Notes under the pieces: model-generated
The model's input: only the letters and a program-made list of their open reading frames with translations
Told to the model about the DNA's origin: nothing
The model's database searches: none
Shown here: positions 27,244-37,669 of the stretch, in pieces
Numbering within the stretch: the stretch's first letter is position 1
Layout: every line of letters begins with the position of its first letter
NCBI GenBank assembly: GCA_013153515.1
Contig: JAADEI010000009.1
Location: 1-49,446, forward strand
Source: Chlorobiota bacterium
GTDB lineage: Bacteria; Bacteroidota; Bacteroidia; JAADEI01
Direction: 5' to 3'
Length of the DNA stretch: 49,446 bases
Translations under genes and position numbers: made by a program

Positions 27244-29019
27244 ATGGATCAGAAGCCTTTGTTAGTAGTTAGAGATTTACACATACACTTCCACACGGAA
27301 GACGAAACAGTTATTGCAGTAAACGGAATCTCTTTCTCTGTTAAGGAAGGGGAAAGTGTTGGGATAGTGGGGGAATCGGGCAGTGGCAAAACAGTTACTG
27401 CTCTGGCTATCATGAGACTCATCCCATCACCACCAGGATTCATCCCAAGGGGAGAAATCATCTTCCAATCAAGGGAATTCGGGGAAGTTAATCTATTGGA
27501 ACTGCCTTTGTCCGACCTTAGGAAAATTCGGGGGGCAGAAATCTCTATGATTTTTCAGGAGCCCATGACCAGTTTGAACCCAGTGTTCAAGTGTGGAGAC
27601 CAAGTGATGGAGGCAATCCTCGTCCACGAAAACGTTTCCAAGAAAGAGGCAAAACAACGTGTTCTGGAACTGTTCAGACAAGTGGGTTTGCGAGAACCAG
27701 AAAGAATATTCAATTCCTATCCTCACCAATTGTCTGGCGGGCAGAAGCAAAGGGTCATGATCGCTATGGCTCTGGCGTGCAACCCACGACTCATTATATG
27801 CGATGAGCCCACCACCGCTCTGGACGTTACTGTTCAAAAGAAAATTCTTGACTTGCTAAGAGATTTGCAGGAGAAACGCAATATGGCTTTGTTGTTCATC
27901 ACCCACGACCTTGGCGTAATCGCCGAAATATCCGACAGAGTAATAGTGATGTATCGTGGCAATATAGTTGAAGACAATGATATTTGCACCATTTTCCATA
28001 ATCCAGAGCACCCTTACACCCGTGGATTGTTGGCGTGCCGTCCACCTCTGGACGTTAGGCTCAGGGAATTACCCACTCTGGATATGTTCATGAGAGTGAC
28101 GCCTGATGGGAAGATAGAGAGCACTGGGTTGACCGTTGAGGAAGCCATCAAAGAACGAATCGTTCCACCCGAGGAGATAAAGCGTCGTTTAGAGGAATTA
28201 ATGAAGCAGGAACCTCTGATCAGGGTTGTCAACCTCAAAAAATGGTTCCCTAAGAAAAAGAACTTTTTTGGCAAAGTGCTTGACTGGACGAAGGCGGTTG
28301 ACAACGTCTCTTTTGAAGTCTATCCGGGCGAGACACTGGGTTTAGTGGGAGAATCAGGAAGTGGGAAAACAACTCTTAGTAGAACAATCCTAAGACTCAT
28401 TGACCCAGATGACGGAGACATTATCTACGATGGCGTTAACATAGCCCGTTTGGAACAAAAGAAACTAAGGGAATACAGGAAACGAATGCAAATCATATTC
28501 CAAGACCCTTATTCTTCACTTAACCCACGGCTCACCGTTGGATATGCTATCACTGAACCAATGAAAGTTCATGGGATATGCACCGATGATAAGGAATGTC
28601 GGGAGAGGGCAATGGAACTACTGAAAAGAGTCAAACTAAAACCAGAGCATTACTATCGCTATCCTCACGAGTTCTCTGGCGGACAAAGACAAAGAATCGT
28701 CATAGCCCGGGCATTGGCAGTGGAACCCGAATTCATCATTTGCGACGAGGCAGTTTCGGCTCTTGACGTCTCTGTCCAAGCAGAAATCCTAAACCTGCTC
28801 AATGAGTTAAAGCGAGATTTGGGACTTACATATATCTTCATATCCCACGATCTGTCAGTGGTCAAATTCATGTCCGACAGAATAATGGTTATGGAACATG
28901 GCAAACTAAAGGAAATTGGACCGGCAGATGAAATTTATTATAATCCAAAGGATCCATACACTCAAACCCTCATCTCTGCAATCCCAAAAGGAGAGAGGCT
29001 TCAACAAATATGTTCTTAA
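27244..29019 (+). CDS. Peptide/nickel-type ABC transporter ATPase with two fused NBDs
   Basis: Two GESGSGKT Walker A motifs, LSGGQKQR and FSGGQRQR, DEPTTALD and DEAVSALD, HPYT/DPYT tails. Confidence 0.92.
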   Translation: MDQKPLLVVRDLHIHFHTEDETVIAVNGISFSVKEGESVGIVGESGSGKTVTALAIMRLIPSPPGFIPRGEIIFQSREFGEVNLLELPLSDLRKIRGAEISMIFQEPMTSLNPVFKCGDQVMEAILVHENVSKKEAKQRVLELFRQVGLREPERIFNSYPHQLSGGQKQRVMIAMALACNPRLIICDEPTTALDVTVQKKILDLLRDLQEKRNMALLFITHDLGVIAEISDRVIVMYRGNIVEDNDICTIFHNPEHPYTRGLLACRPPLDVRLRELPTLDMFMRVTPDGKIESTGLTVEEAIKERIVPPEEIKRRLEELMKQEPLIRVVNLKKWFPKKKNFFGKVLDWTKAVDNVSFEVYPGETLGLVGESGSGKTTLSRTILRLIDPDDGDIIYDGVNIARLEQKKLREYRKRMQIIFQDPYSSLNPRLTVGYAITEPMKVHGICTDDKECRERAMELLKRVKLKPEHYYRYPHEFSGGQRQRIVIARALAVEPEFIICDEAVSALDVSVQAEILNLLNELKRDLGLTYIFISHDLSVVKFMSDRIMVMEHGKLKEIGPADEIYYNPKDPYTQTLISAIPKGERLQQICS

Positions 29020-29065
29020 CCAGTCCAATGCATAACCCTTCTGTAAAATTCCCTATCAGGAAAAA

Positions 29066-31162
29066 ATGAAAGAGAAACACCTAAGGTCAAAAATTATTAA
29101 GTTTTTACAGGAGCATCCGAAGGATTCATTTAATTATAAGCAAATTGCCAAAGCCCTACGGATCACCGACGAAAACCAAAAGGCTCTCATCAGACTCATA
29201 TTAGAAGACTTAGCCAATGCCCAACAGATTGAAGAGGTCAGACCCGGCAAATTCAAAGCCAAAGAACAATTTGTGGAAGGCATAATGGACATCACCCTGT
29301 CAGGAGCCGGATTCCTCATAACAGACAAGTTCAAAGAAGACATATACATCCCGCCTGAATACGTTCATAATGCCCTCGACGGAGATGAGGTAAAAGTCAA
29401 GATTATAGGCTACTCACGAGGCAGGTTCGTCGGAGAAGTCCACGAAATCCTAAAACGCAACAGAACGATTTTTGTTGGCACGGCAGACCTACGCTCTAAC
29501 TACTTTCTGGTCTATCCACAACAAAAAACCATCCCGCCGTTCATTGTTCCATTTGAAAACGTGGAAACACAAGAAAAAATAAAGCCGGGAGACAAAGTTG
29601 TCGTGGAACTGATTAGATGGAAGAAGCGAGATGCTAACCCATTAGGCAAAATAGTTCGTGTGCTACGACATGATGACCCACACAAACTACGAAATGAAAT
29701 AATCCTAATAGAAAACGGATTTCCAACTCAATTCCCTCAGGAAGCCCTTGAAGAAGCCAACCAATTCCCAGAACAGATTCCAGAGGAGGAATATGCCAAC
29801 CGCCTTGACCTACGACACATCCCTGTCTTCACCATTGACCCAGCAGATGCCAGAGATTTTGATGATGCCCTATCTATCCAACAACTGCCTGATGGAAACT
29901 TTGAAGTGGGCATTCACATCGCCGACGTGTCCCACTATGTAAGACCGGGCAGTGCACTGGACAGGGAGGCGAGGCGTCGTGGAACTTCCGTCTATTTAGT
30001 TGATGCAGTCAACCCAATGCTTCCAGAACGACTCTCTTCCCACTTGTGCTCATTAGTACCTCATCAGGACAGACTGGCTTTCTCTGTAATTGCCACAATC
30101 AGTCCAGAAGGGAAAGTTATCAAATGGTTTCCTGCCCGAACAGTCATCAGGTCAAGAAAAAGGTTCACTTACGACGAGGCTCAGGAAACACTTGAAAAAG
30201 GAGAAGGGCAATTCTTCCAAGAACTCAACTGGCTCAACAATCTGGCTAAGATTTGGCGGGAGGAACGCTTCAAACGTGGTTCCCTTAACCTTGAATCGCC
30301 AGAACTAAAATTCCATCTGGATATAGAGGGAGTCCCTATAGGAGTGTATATGTATGAGCGGAAAGATGCCCACTTCCTAATTGAAGAATTCATGCTATTG
30401 GCAAACAGGCTCGTGGCGGAAAAAATGGCTAAGACAAAACACAAAAAACAACCCTTCCCATCAGTGTTTAGAATCCACGATTCACCACCAGAAGACAAAT
30501 TAAAAGAATTCGCAACATTTGTAAAATCTTTGGGATATAAATTTAGAATAACTAAACCTGAAAACATCGCCAAACAATTCCAGAAACTGCTTGCCGAAGT
30601 GGAGGGAAAGCCAGAACAATACATCATTGAACAAATGGCTATCCGAACAATGGCTAAGGCAGAATACTCACCCAAGAACATAGGTCACTATGGGTTGAAA
30701 TTTAAGTATTACACTCACTTCACTTCACCAATCAGACGCTATCCAGACATACTGGTTCACCGAATCCTTTGGGCGGCTATGAATAAGAAAAAACCACCCT
30801 ACTCTCTTGACCAACTGTCCAGACTTTGCAAGCATGCCACCCTGCAAGAAATACAATCCCTTGACGCAGAACGACTGTCCTTGAAATTCATGCAAGCAGA
30901 ATTTATGAAACAAAACATTGGGAAAATCTACGATGGGCTTATAGTGGCAATAATTAAAAAGGGCATCTTCGTTGAAATAACAGACTTGTTTATTGAAGGC
31001 TTCATTCCCTCAGAACACTTACCAGAACCATACGTTCCAGACCCTGATAACTTTAAAGCACGGGCAGGAGACTTTGCTTTCAAAGTGGGGGATGCCGTGA
31101 GAGTGAGGGTTGCCGAAGCCAACGATGAAGATGGAACCATCACATTGGAATTGGCAGAATGA
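29066..31162 (+). CDS. rnr: Ribonuclease R
   Basis: N-terminal HTH and CSDs, TIDP.DARDFDDA, IEEFMLLAN, HFTSPIRRYPD, C-terminal S1. Confidence 0.95.
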   Translation: MKEKHLRSKIIKFLQEHPKDSFNYKQIAKALRITDENQKALIRLILEDLANAQQIEEVRPGKFKAKEQFVEGIMDITLSGAGFLITDKFKEDIYIPPEYVHNALDGDEVKVKIIGYSRGRFVGEVHEILKRNRTIFVGTADLRSNYFLVYPQQKTIPPFIVPFENVETQEKIKPGDKVVVELIRWKKRDANPLGKIVRVLRHDDPHKLRNEIILIENGFPTQFPQEALEEANQFPEQIPEEEYANRLDLRHIPVFTIDPADARDFDDALSIQQLPDGNFEVGIHIADVSHYVRPGSALDREARRRGTSVYLVDAVNPMLPERLSSHLCSLVPHQDRLAFSVIATISPEGKVIKWFPARTVIRSRKRFTYDEAQETLEKGEGQFFQELNWLNNLAKIWREERFKRGSLNLESPELKFHLDIEGVPIGVYMYERKDAHFLIEEFMLLANRLVAEKMAKTKHKKQPFPSVFRIHDSPPEDKLKEFATFVKSLGYKFRITKPENIAKQFQKLLAEVEGKPEQYIIEQMAIRTMAKAEYSPKNIGHYGLKFKYYTHFTSPIRRYPDILVHRILWAAMNKKKPPYSLDQLSRLCKHATLQEIQSLDAERLSLKFMQAEFMKQNIGKIYDGLIVAIIKKGIFVEITDLFIEGFIPSEHLPEPYVPDPDNFKARAGDFAFKVGDAVRVRVAEANDEDGTITLELAE

Positions 31163-31174
31163 AAAAGCCTATCA

Positions 31175-32278
31175 TCAAGCAGGATGCCCTCGCCCTTCAC
31201 ACCTCATTAAAAGCCTTCTTAATAGCGGAGGCAACTTCCCTGAGGTATGTTTATAGCAAAGGGAATTATAGGGTTCGGGGACATATCGCCAATGAACAAC
31301 AAACAAAACCAAGAACATAAACAACCATATCACCACAGTGCCCACACTAAGAATAAAGTTCCCAAACCGTAAGGAAATCCCTGCCGAAGCAACAAATAAA
31401 ACTTGCAAGATAGCAAATATGATAACAACCTTACGCTCTGAGCCCAACAAAGAATGAAACGAATGAGAGAGATGGTCTGTGCCACCCACCCACGGAGGAG
31501 TTTTCCTACAAAGTCTGTGAATGACAACAAGAATTATATCAATAACAGGCAGACCAACAAATGAAGTGAATAAGAAAAATTTCTCTATCCAATTTAAATG
31601 TGCACATCCAGACTGACAAAGAAGCATGGGAGTTATTGATGCCACTGTCCCAAGAAGTAGAGAACCCTTGTCGCCCATATAAATTCGGGATGGGGGGAAA
31701 TTATGGAACAGGAATCCTAAGAGAGCAACAGAAAGGAAAAGAAACAAAAATTTATAAATAAAACCTATTGGAACGAATATCATGAACAAAAACAATATAA
31801 TGGCTACTGTTCCCGCAACACCATCCATATTATCAAAGAAATTATATGCGTTTTGTAGTGCAACAATCCATATTAGCGTAAATGTTGAATCAATTAAGGG
31901 AATTCCCGACAAAGGCAAAATCCATCCACCAGAAAGCAAGACAGTGGCGACAAAGACTTGTCCCAAGAGTTTGGGGAATGGAGCAGTTCCAAACCGATCG
32001 TCTATGAATCCAACAAGGAATGCCAAGGCAGAGGCAATAGCCACGGATAACAAATGAAACTTGTCCTGTTTGGAATCCATAACCAATAAAGACCATATAG
32101 CCCAAACAATGACTGCTATTAGAAAAAATGTTCCACCAATAGTAGGTTTAACTATTTTGTTCCACCGATGTTCAAAAGTTTGGTAGGTTGGTTTTGAAAT
32201 GATTACAGGATAAATTAGTGCTATTATAAATATCAACCCTGCAAGCATCATCGGAATCATTATAAATCCTGCCATCAT
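31175..32278 (-). CDS. MraY/WecA-family undecaprenyl-phosphate sugar-1-phosphate transferase
   Basis: PT.GG, GF.DDR, NAYNFFDNMDG, HNFPPSRIYMGD.GS, DHLSH; many transmembrane helices. Confidence 0.9.
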   Translation of the reverse strand: MMAGFIMIPMMLAGLIFIIALIYPVIISKPTYQTFEHRWNKIVKPTIGGTFFLIAVIVWAIWSLLVMDSKQDKFHLLSVAIASALAFLVGFIDDRFGTAPFPKLLGQVFVATVLLSGGWILPLSGIPLIDSTFTLIWIVALQNAYNFFDNMDGVAGTVAIILFLFMIFVPIGFIYKFLFLFLSVALLGFLFHNFPPSRIYMGDKGSLLLGTVASITPMLLCQSGCAHLNWIEKFFLFTSFVGLPVIDIILVVIHRLCRKTPPWVGGTDHLSHSFHSLLGSERKVVIIFAILQVLFVASAGISLRFGNFILSVGTVVIWLFMFLVLFVVHWRYVPEPYNSLCYKHTSGKLPPLLRRLLMRCEGRGHPA

Positions 32279-34626
32279 CCCTTTCTTTTATGCATGTGTG
32301 TATAGTAGCGATGATATATGTAGTAACCCTTCTTCCCATAGTAGTATGACCCATAACCATATCGTTTGGAACTGGCAACAACGCCGTTTGCCACCAATGC
32401 AACGAAGGGGATGCCCAGTTCCTCTTTTAGCCATTCGGCGGTTTTTATGGATTGATAATGGCTGTAGGAGATCCTGACTGTAAAGAGGACGCCGTCGCTC
32501 AATTGAATTAGAGGCATGGCATCAACAACCGTTCCCACAGGGGCAGTATCAATAATTACAATATCATACTGTGAAGTAAGGTTTCTCATTACCTCTTCTG
32601 TGTTCGGCGAACCCAACAATTCGGCAGTGTATAGGATTGGGCGTCCTGTGGGGATGAAATCAAAATTTGCTTGGGAGTCGCCTATAGTGAACTGTTGGGG
32701 TCTTATCACCTGCTCAAGCGTTGCACTTCCTTCCAACAACTCAATAAATCCGGGTTTGATGTCCTCACTGAATGTTCTGCTTAGGTCTGCTTTACGCAAG
32801 TCGGCATCTATCAACAACACCTTCTTCCTGCCTATGCTGGAGGCGAGAGCCAGATGACTGGCTATGAATGTCTTCCCTTCTTTGGGAACATTGGAAGTTA
32901 TGCATAGGGCAACGTTTCTGGACTTGCCTATGAGCATTGTTGCAGTGAGATGGACAGAACGGAAACTTTCCAATAGTTCAGGAGGGATTTTTTCCGGGTT
33001 GAAGCCTTGATATGACTTAACATAAGGGATTGTTCCTATAATAGGCAATTTGGTTTGTTTGGTTATTTCGTCTAATGTGGTTATAGTGCTTTGAGATAGA
33101 TAAGAAAGAACAATTATCAGAGTGGCAAGGAGAAACCAAGTTCCACCAGCCAAAATATATGTTCTCATTTTGTTTGGAGATATAGGAGATTGAGGGATAA
33201 CGGGGGATTTAATAACTACGAAAGGAGACACATATCCCGCCAGTTTCATCTCAAGTTCAAAAATTGTTTGAGTGAGGAAAGAATAGAGTTTTTCCTTAGT
33301 GTTAAGTTCCCTTTCTAAGCGATAGAGTTCGGCTACTGGCGAGGCGGTCATCGTTCTTCCCTTGGCAACTGAATTTATTTTATTTTCCAATTCTTTTATT
33401 CGTTCCGATAGCATCTCTTTCATCAAATTAATTGATTCTTGGAGTTCGGAGACCAGTTCTGCCAATTGTTGTTTTTTGAGTATGTAGTCTGGATGAGATG
33501 GGCTATACATTGTTTTTAGTCTGAGCAGTTCTGTTTTCAGAGAGACAAGCCTGTCAAAATCCCTTTGCATAGAGGTCATGGCATCGGGCAGGAACGGAAT
33601 CAAGGATGTTGAAATAACTGAATCTTCTTGAAGTTGCTTTTCCATTTCGCCAATTATCCTAAGTTGGAATTTCAGGTTCCATAGTTCCTCTGTCCACTCT
33701 TGAAGTTCTTTCAGGTCGTCTTGGGACAGTCCAGTGGATGTTTGAGTTAGGAGCGACTTAGCCTGCAATTCCGCTATTCTTCGCTGGAGTTGAACAATGT
33801 CTTTGTATAGCCTATTGAGTTGGGAACGGGCGAAAGAGAGTGTTTTCTGAGTCTCTTCCATCTGCTTATCTCTATCAAAATCTTTGAGTGCTTCAACCGT
33901 TGCCTGAACAAATTGATGTGCTTTGGTTCTATTGTTTGTTGTTGCAGAGATTGAGAACAATCCATTTGCGGGGTCAATGAGCGAACTCTGAACTGTTGAA
34001 AGGAAATTGGCTATCGCCGATTGTCGGGAGTTAATAGTTATCACATAGTCATATTCAAGGTCTGAATCGCTAAACGTGGTTCCTTTTTTTAGCACAATGG
34101 TATGTCCATCAATTGAAAAGGGAGTTTCCCATCTCACCACCCTAACTGGACTTCTCATATCAGGGTCAAGATAAATAACAATGCTATCCTGTGAAACGTC
34201 CAGATACAACGTTACAGATTTGCTTTGCGTTGGCTTGGATAGGATTTCCACTTTAATAACACGTTGGGGGGGGAACACCTCAGTGTTTAGGAAGACGCCT
34301 TTCCGCCACAGGGAGTATTCCCAAGGGAAATACTTGAGGAAGTATTCGCCCAACTGTTCTGAATGGATAATAAAGGAAAGTCTTTGAACATCTCTTTTCA
34401 CCTGACGGGGCACGAATTCTTGTTCTGAGAGGATGGAGGGTTCCTTCGGTTCATAGAGAAGCCATGCTTCGGAGAGGAACAGTGGGGGCGTATATCGGAG
34501 ATAGAGGTAAGCGAGGGCAAAGAGGACTAAGCCAGTGAGGGCAACAAGGGGCAATGCTTTGAAAAGTGCTTTTTTAAGCCTTTCCCAACTGAAGAAGGAA
34601 GCCGACATTATGAGTGTCTCAAACAT
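32275..34626 (-). CDS. wzc: Polysaccharide co-polymerase/tyrosine autokinase (Wzc)
   Basis: Two transmembrane helices flanking a coiled coil, ESFR, Walker A PKEGKT, IDADLR, IIDTAP, Tyr-rich tail YGYGSYYYG..YYIY..YY. ATG 34626 lies 1 nt after the wza stop. Confidence 0.9.
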   Translation of the reverse strand: MFETLIMSASFFSWERLKKALFKALPLVALTGLVLFALAYLYLRYTPPLFLSEAWLLYEPKEPSILSEQEFVPRQVKRDVQRLSFIIHSEQLGEYFLKYFPWEYSLWRKGVFLNTEVFPPQRVIKVEILSKPTQSKSVTLYLDVSQDSIVIYLDPDMRSPVRVVRWETPFSIDGHTIVLKKGTTFSDSDLEYDYVITINSRQSAIANFLSTVQSSLIDPANGLFSISATTNNRTKAHQFVQATVEALKDFDRDKQMEETQKTLSFARSQLNRLYKDIVQLQRRIAELQAKSLLTQTSTGLSQDDLKELQEWTEELWNLKFQLRIIGEMEKQLQEDSVISTSLIPFLPDAMTSMQRDFDRLVSLKTELLRLKTMYSPSHPDYILKKQQLAELVSELQESINLMKEMLSERIKELENKINSVAKGRTMTASPVAELYRLERELNTKEKLYSFLTQTIFELEMKLAGYVSPFVVIKSPVIPQSPISPNKMRTYILAGGTWFLLATLIIVLSYLSQSTITTLDEITKQTKLPIIGTIPYVKSYQGFNPEKIPPELLESFRSVHLTATMLIGKSRNVALCITSNVPKEGKTFIASHLALASSIGRKKVLLIDADLRKADLSRTFSEDIKPGFIELLEGSATLEQVIRPQQFTIGDSQANFDFIPTGRPILYTAELLGSPNTEEVMRNLTSQYDIVIIDTAPVGTVVDAMPLIQLSDGVLFTVRISYSHYQSIKTAEWLKEELGIPFVALVANGVVASSKRYGYGSYYYGKKGYYIYHRYYTHMHKRKG

Positions 34627-34627
34627 C

Positions 34628-35392
34628 TCAACCGCCAAGGTTTTGTTGCAAAAGAAGGATAGTTAATATAAGGGACGTGAATGAGGAGACAAGGGTTAAA
34701 AGGGGCGTTATTTCCCTGAGGACTGCTGGGGCGACCCGTCGGGTTGGTTCCACATATACTATATCGTTTGCTTGGAGGACAACCTGAGCGTTGGGCAGTT
34801 GGCTCACATCTCTCAGATTCACCTGTTTAACCATTGGCTTTCCACCTACCATCCTGATTATCTTGATTTTATACGCCTTATGCATTTGTGGAATCCCGCC
34901 TGCTTTGGCGAGGGCTTCAAAGAGCGTCATGTTATTACGGGGCATTTCAACCGCCTGTGCCTTGTCTTGATAGAAGACGTAAACAAACCTGTTTGTTACT
35001 TCAAGATAGACGTATGGGTCTTTATATAATTGTGAATAGAGTTCAGTGAGCAGTTTGCGAGCCTGAGCGACAGTGTATCCCGCCAAGCGAACAGAGTCAA
35101 TTATAGGCAGATAGACATATCCATTTGGCATTATTTCATACGAGAGGAGTCGTGTTGTTTGCATATTGGTCGCCACATCAACGAGTTGCTGACCTTTCCT
35201 GGGCTGAACGAGGATTTTCAATTTGTCGCCACTGGACAGGACATATTCCTGAGGCACGAGGCTATCCACAAGGAAGGGGTCAACATTTTCAATAAACATC
35301 ACTTCTGGATAAAAAACCTTACATCCAGACATAACTAATGCTATCGCAAGTGTTTGCATCCTTTTTATTGCCCTGTTCTTTCCTGTCATCAC
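34628..35392 (-). CDS. wza: Polysaccharide export lipoprotein (Wza/OPX family)
   Basis: Lipobox MSGC, Y.L..GDKL, G...LPII..V..AG.T, SLBB TLFEALA.AGG, LQ.NDIVYVEP, C-terminal helix. Confidence 0.88.
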   Translation of the reverse strand: MMTGKNRAIKRMQTLAIALVMSGCKVFYPEVMFIENVDPFLVDSLVPQEYVLSSGDKLKILVQPRKGQQLVDVATNMQTTRLLSYEIMPNGYVYLPIIDSVRLAGYTVAQARKLLTELYSQLYKDPYVYLEVTNRFVYVFYQDKAQAVEMPRNNMTLFEALAKAGGIPQMHKAYKIKIIRMVGGKPMVKQVNLRDVSQLPNAQVVLQANDIVYVEPTRRVAPAVLREITPLLTLVSSFTSLILTILLLQQNLGG

Positions 35393-35396
35393 AAAG

Positions 35397-35426
35397 CAAA
35401 ATTAAACTTTTTGTTATAAGGGCAAA
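35397..35426 (-). promoter_or_regulatory. Promoter TTTG-N18-TAATTTTG for wza-wzc-wecA
   Basis: -7 box at 35397-35404 (4 nt before GTG 35392); TTTG at 35423-35426. Confidence 0.62.
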
Positions 35427-36790
35427 GAACGTTTGAGTCTAAAAGTTTGAGGAATAGGATTTTTTGTTCTGGGGGGCGTCCCACTCTTATAGAGCCATCC
35501 AAGGGGAACACCGAGATATTCCACAAGGGCATACTTATCAGAGATTTCCCGAGGAACATTTCCTTTGAGGTATTTCATTGCGTCATCGTAGGAAAGGGGA
35601 ATTCGTTCTGTCAGTGGGGGGTTAGTGAGCAGAGCCGTTGCATGGGCTGGCTTGTTCGTCTCGCAGGCTACTTCCTGACCTATGTATTTAATGGGCAATT
35701 TCCTGACCATCGCTTCAATTTTGTCAAACCATTCTGGAACGATGAATTGCTTGTTTTGGGATTCAATGACCCTATGTTCAAAAGGCAGTTGGTAAGGCAT
35801 TTGGCAATCAAGGGGTTTGAAATCAAATCCACGATATGCATTGACCTGTTTCTCTGGGTTGATGACATCTGTTTTTTGGAACAGAGCGAGGAAGAATCCT
35901 TCACCTTTAACTCTGTGTGGATAGAACCTGTATGTGTGTGCGGAGATTTTAATTCCGTCCCATTCATCAAGCCCTTCCACTATGTTCCATTGGGTCAGTT
36001 CAGGCAGTGGAATTGAACGGACTGCCGAGCCAAACGTATCAATCACCCATTGGGCATTCAGTTCGTTCTCTTCAGGATTGAAAGTGCAGGTTGTGTAAAG
36101 GAAATACCCACCCACTTTGGTTGAGATGAGAGCGTTGGTTATTATTTGACGCTGGATGGCTTGCAGTTTCTTTCCAGTGTTTGGTTTCCAAAACCGCACC
36201 GATTTAGGTTCTTTCCTGAACATTCCTTCGCCAGAACAGGGAACGTCAGAAAGAACGAAGTCAAACTGATTGGGCAAAGTGGCGAATGCACGGCTGTCGG
36301 CACGCATCAATGCTTGGTTGACCTTTCCCCATCGGATAATGTTTTCTTCAAGGGCTGGGTATCGTGCCGGGACTGGTTCGGCAGACACTAAAAATCCTGT
36401 GTCGTTTAACAAACTCAACAGTTGGATGGATTTACCGCCGGGGGCACCACACACATCGGCAACTAACCCGTCTGGCTTGCCAAACCGCTTAAAAACATGA
36501 GACACTATTAGTCCTGAGGGTTCCTGAACATAATAGGCACCACCGAAGAATAGAGGGTCACGCCAAAATTCAGGCTTTTCTTTCAACACAACGGCGTCTG
36601 GGAACCACGGCACCCGACCTTCAACGGAGAAGTGTTCTTCAAGGCTTCTTTGCGTCCACGACCATTTTATGGGATGGGGTCTTATCGCTGTTCTGGGAGA
36701 TTCGTTTAAGGCATCAAGGAAACCTTTGAATTCTTCGCCTAATATCTTCTGCATTCTTTTCAAAAACTGGGAAGGTAAGGGAATAGGCAT
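35414..36790 (-). CDS. RsmB/RsmF (NOL1/NOP2/Sun) RNA m5C methyltransferase
   Basis: YYVQEPS, DVCGAPGGKS, D.PCSGEGMFRK, YTTCTFN..ENE, RFYPH...GEGFF. Confidence 0.9.
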   Translation of the reverse strand: MPIPLPSQFLKRMQKILGEEFKGFLDALNESPRTAIRPHPIKWSWTQRSLEEHFSVEGRVPWFPDAVVLKEKPEFWRDPLFFGGAYYVQEPSGLIVSHVFKRFGKPDGLVADVCGAPGGKSIQLLSLLNDTGFLVSAEPVPARYPALEENIIRWGKVNQALMRADSRAFATLPNQFDFVLSDVPCSGEGMFRKEPKSVRFWKPNTGKKLQAIQRQIITNALISTKVGGYFLYTTCTFNPEENELNAQWVIDTFGSAVRSIPLPELTQWNIVEGLDEWDGIKISAHTYRFYPHRVKGEGFFLALFQKTDVINPEKQVNAYRGFDFKPLDCQMPYQLPFEHRVIESQNKQFIVPEWFDKIEAMVRKLPIKYIGQEVACETNKPAHATALLTNPPLTERIPLSYDDAMKYLKGNVPREISDKYALVEYLGVPLGWLYKSGTPPRTKNPIPQTFRLKRSLPL

Positions 36791-36792
36791 AA

Positions 36793-37491
36793 CTACTTTC
36801 TTTTAGAAAGAAACTTTTCAATTATCAGTTTGGAATTGCTAACATCTCTGACCAACCATTTGAGCAAAAGGTCTGTTTTCTGCTCAGGAGTGAGTTGCCA
36901 CGGCAATTTACTATTATGCAATTGATGAACCAACTGGTAGAGAGTTATGGCAACGCTAACCGAAATGTTATAACTGGTTGTGAACCCATACATCGGGATT
37001 TTAATTGTAAGGTCTGCTGATTCAAAGGCTTCATCAGTTAAACCATCTTTTTCTGTGCCGAACAATAGGGCGACAGGCTCTGTCAGTTCAAAATCGTTTA
37101 GCGAGACAGTGGCATAAGGACTTGTGGCAACAACTTTATAACCATTTTCTTTGAGTTGTTTTGCTACGAAAGAGGGGCTTTCATTAATATGTCTGTGTAT
37201 GTCCACCCACTGCTCTGCACCGAGGGTTACGCCACGAGACACTTCAAACCTGTTCCTGTTTTCAATAGTGTGGATGGTCTGAATTCCCAAGCAATCGCAA
37301 GTTCTAACAGTGGCACTGGCATTCTGCGGTTGATAAATGTCTTCCAGAACGAGAGTGATAAAATAGGTTCGCCATTTGAGGACTTCAATCATCCTGTTGA
37401 ACCTGTCTTCCGTAACGAATTCTTTTAAGTGGTCAATAATCAACTTCTTCTTTTCTATTGATAAGTCTTGCAAAGTTTTTAATATGTCCAC
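36793..37491 (-). CDS. trmH: TrmH/SpoU family RNA 2'-O-methyltransferase
   Basis: LEDIYQPQNASA..RTCD, FGTE..GL, IPMYGF..S.NISV. GTG 37491 preferred over TTG 37629 because a -7 box TAGTTTTG lies at 37506-37513. Confidence 0.85.
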   Translation of the reverse strand: MDILKTLQDLSIEKKKLIIDHLKEFVTEDRFNRMIEVLKWRTYFITLVLEDIYQPQNASATVRTCDCLGIQTIHTIENRNRFEVSRGVTLGAEQWVDIHRHINESPSFVAKQLKENGYKVVATSPYATVSLNDFELTEPVALLFGTEKDGLTDEAFESADLTIKIPMYGFTTSYNISVSVAITLYQLVHQLHNSKLPWQLTPEQKTDLLLKWLVRDVSNSKLIIEKFLSKRK

Positions 37492-37669
37492 TTCTGTTTT
37501 TATGTCAAAACTATTACACAACAGGCAATGCAGAAAGTAGCCAAATTGTCTTTTGTCTTGGGGTAATCTGGCAGTGTTGTAATAAAAATTTTTCAGTTGT
37601 TGTGGCAAAGTGTCGTCACAAATTGACAATGGTTCATAAAACTTGACAAATTTTAATAACTTTTATTTG

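Noticed and set aside
37492-37629. Cys-containing N-terminal extension of TrmH
   Set aside because: It overlaps a -7 box and the hsp20 upstream motifs; GTG 37491 fits better.
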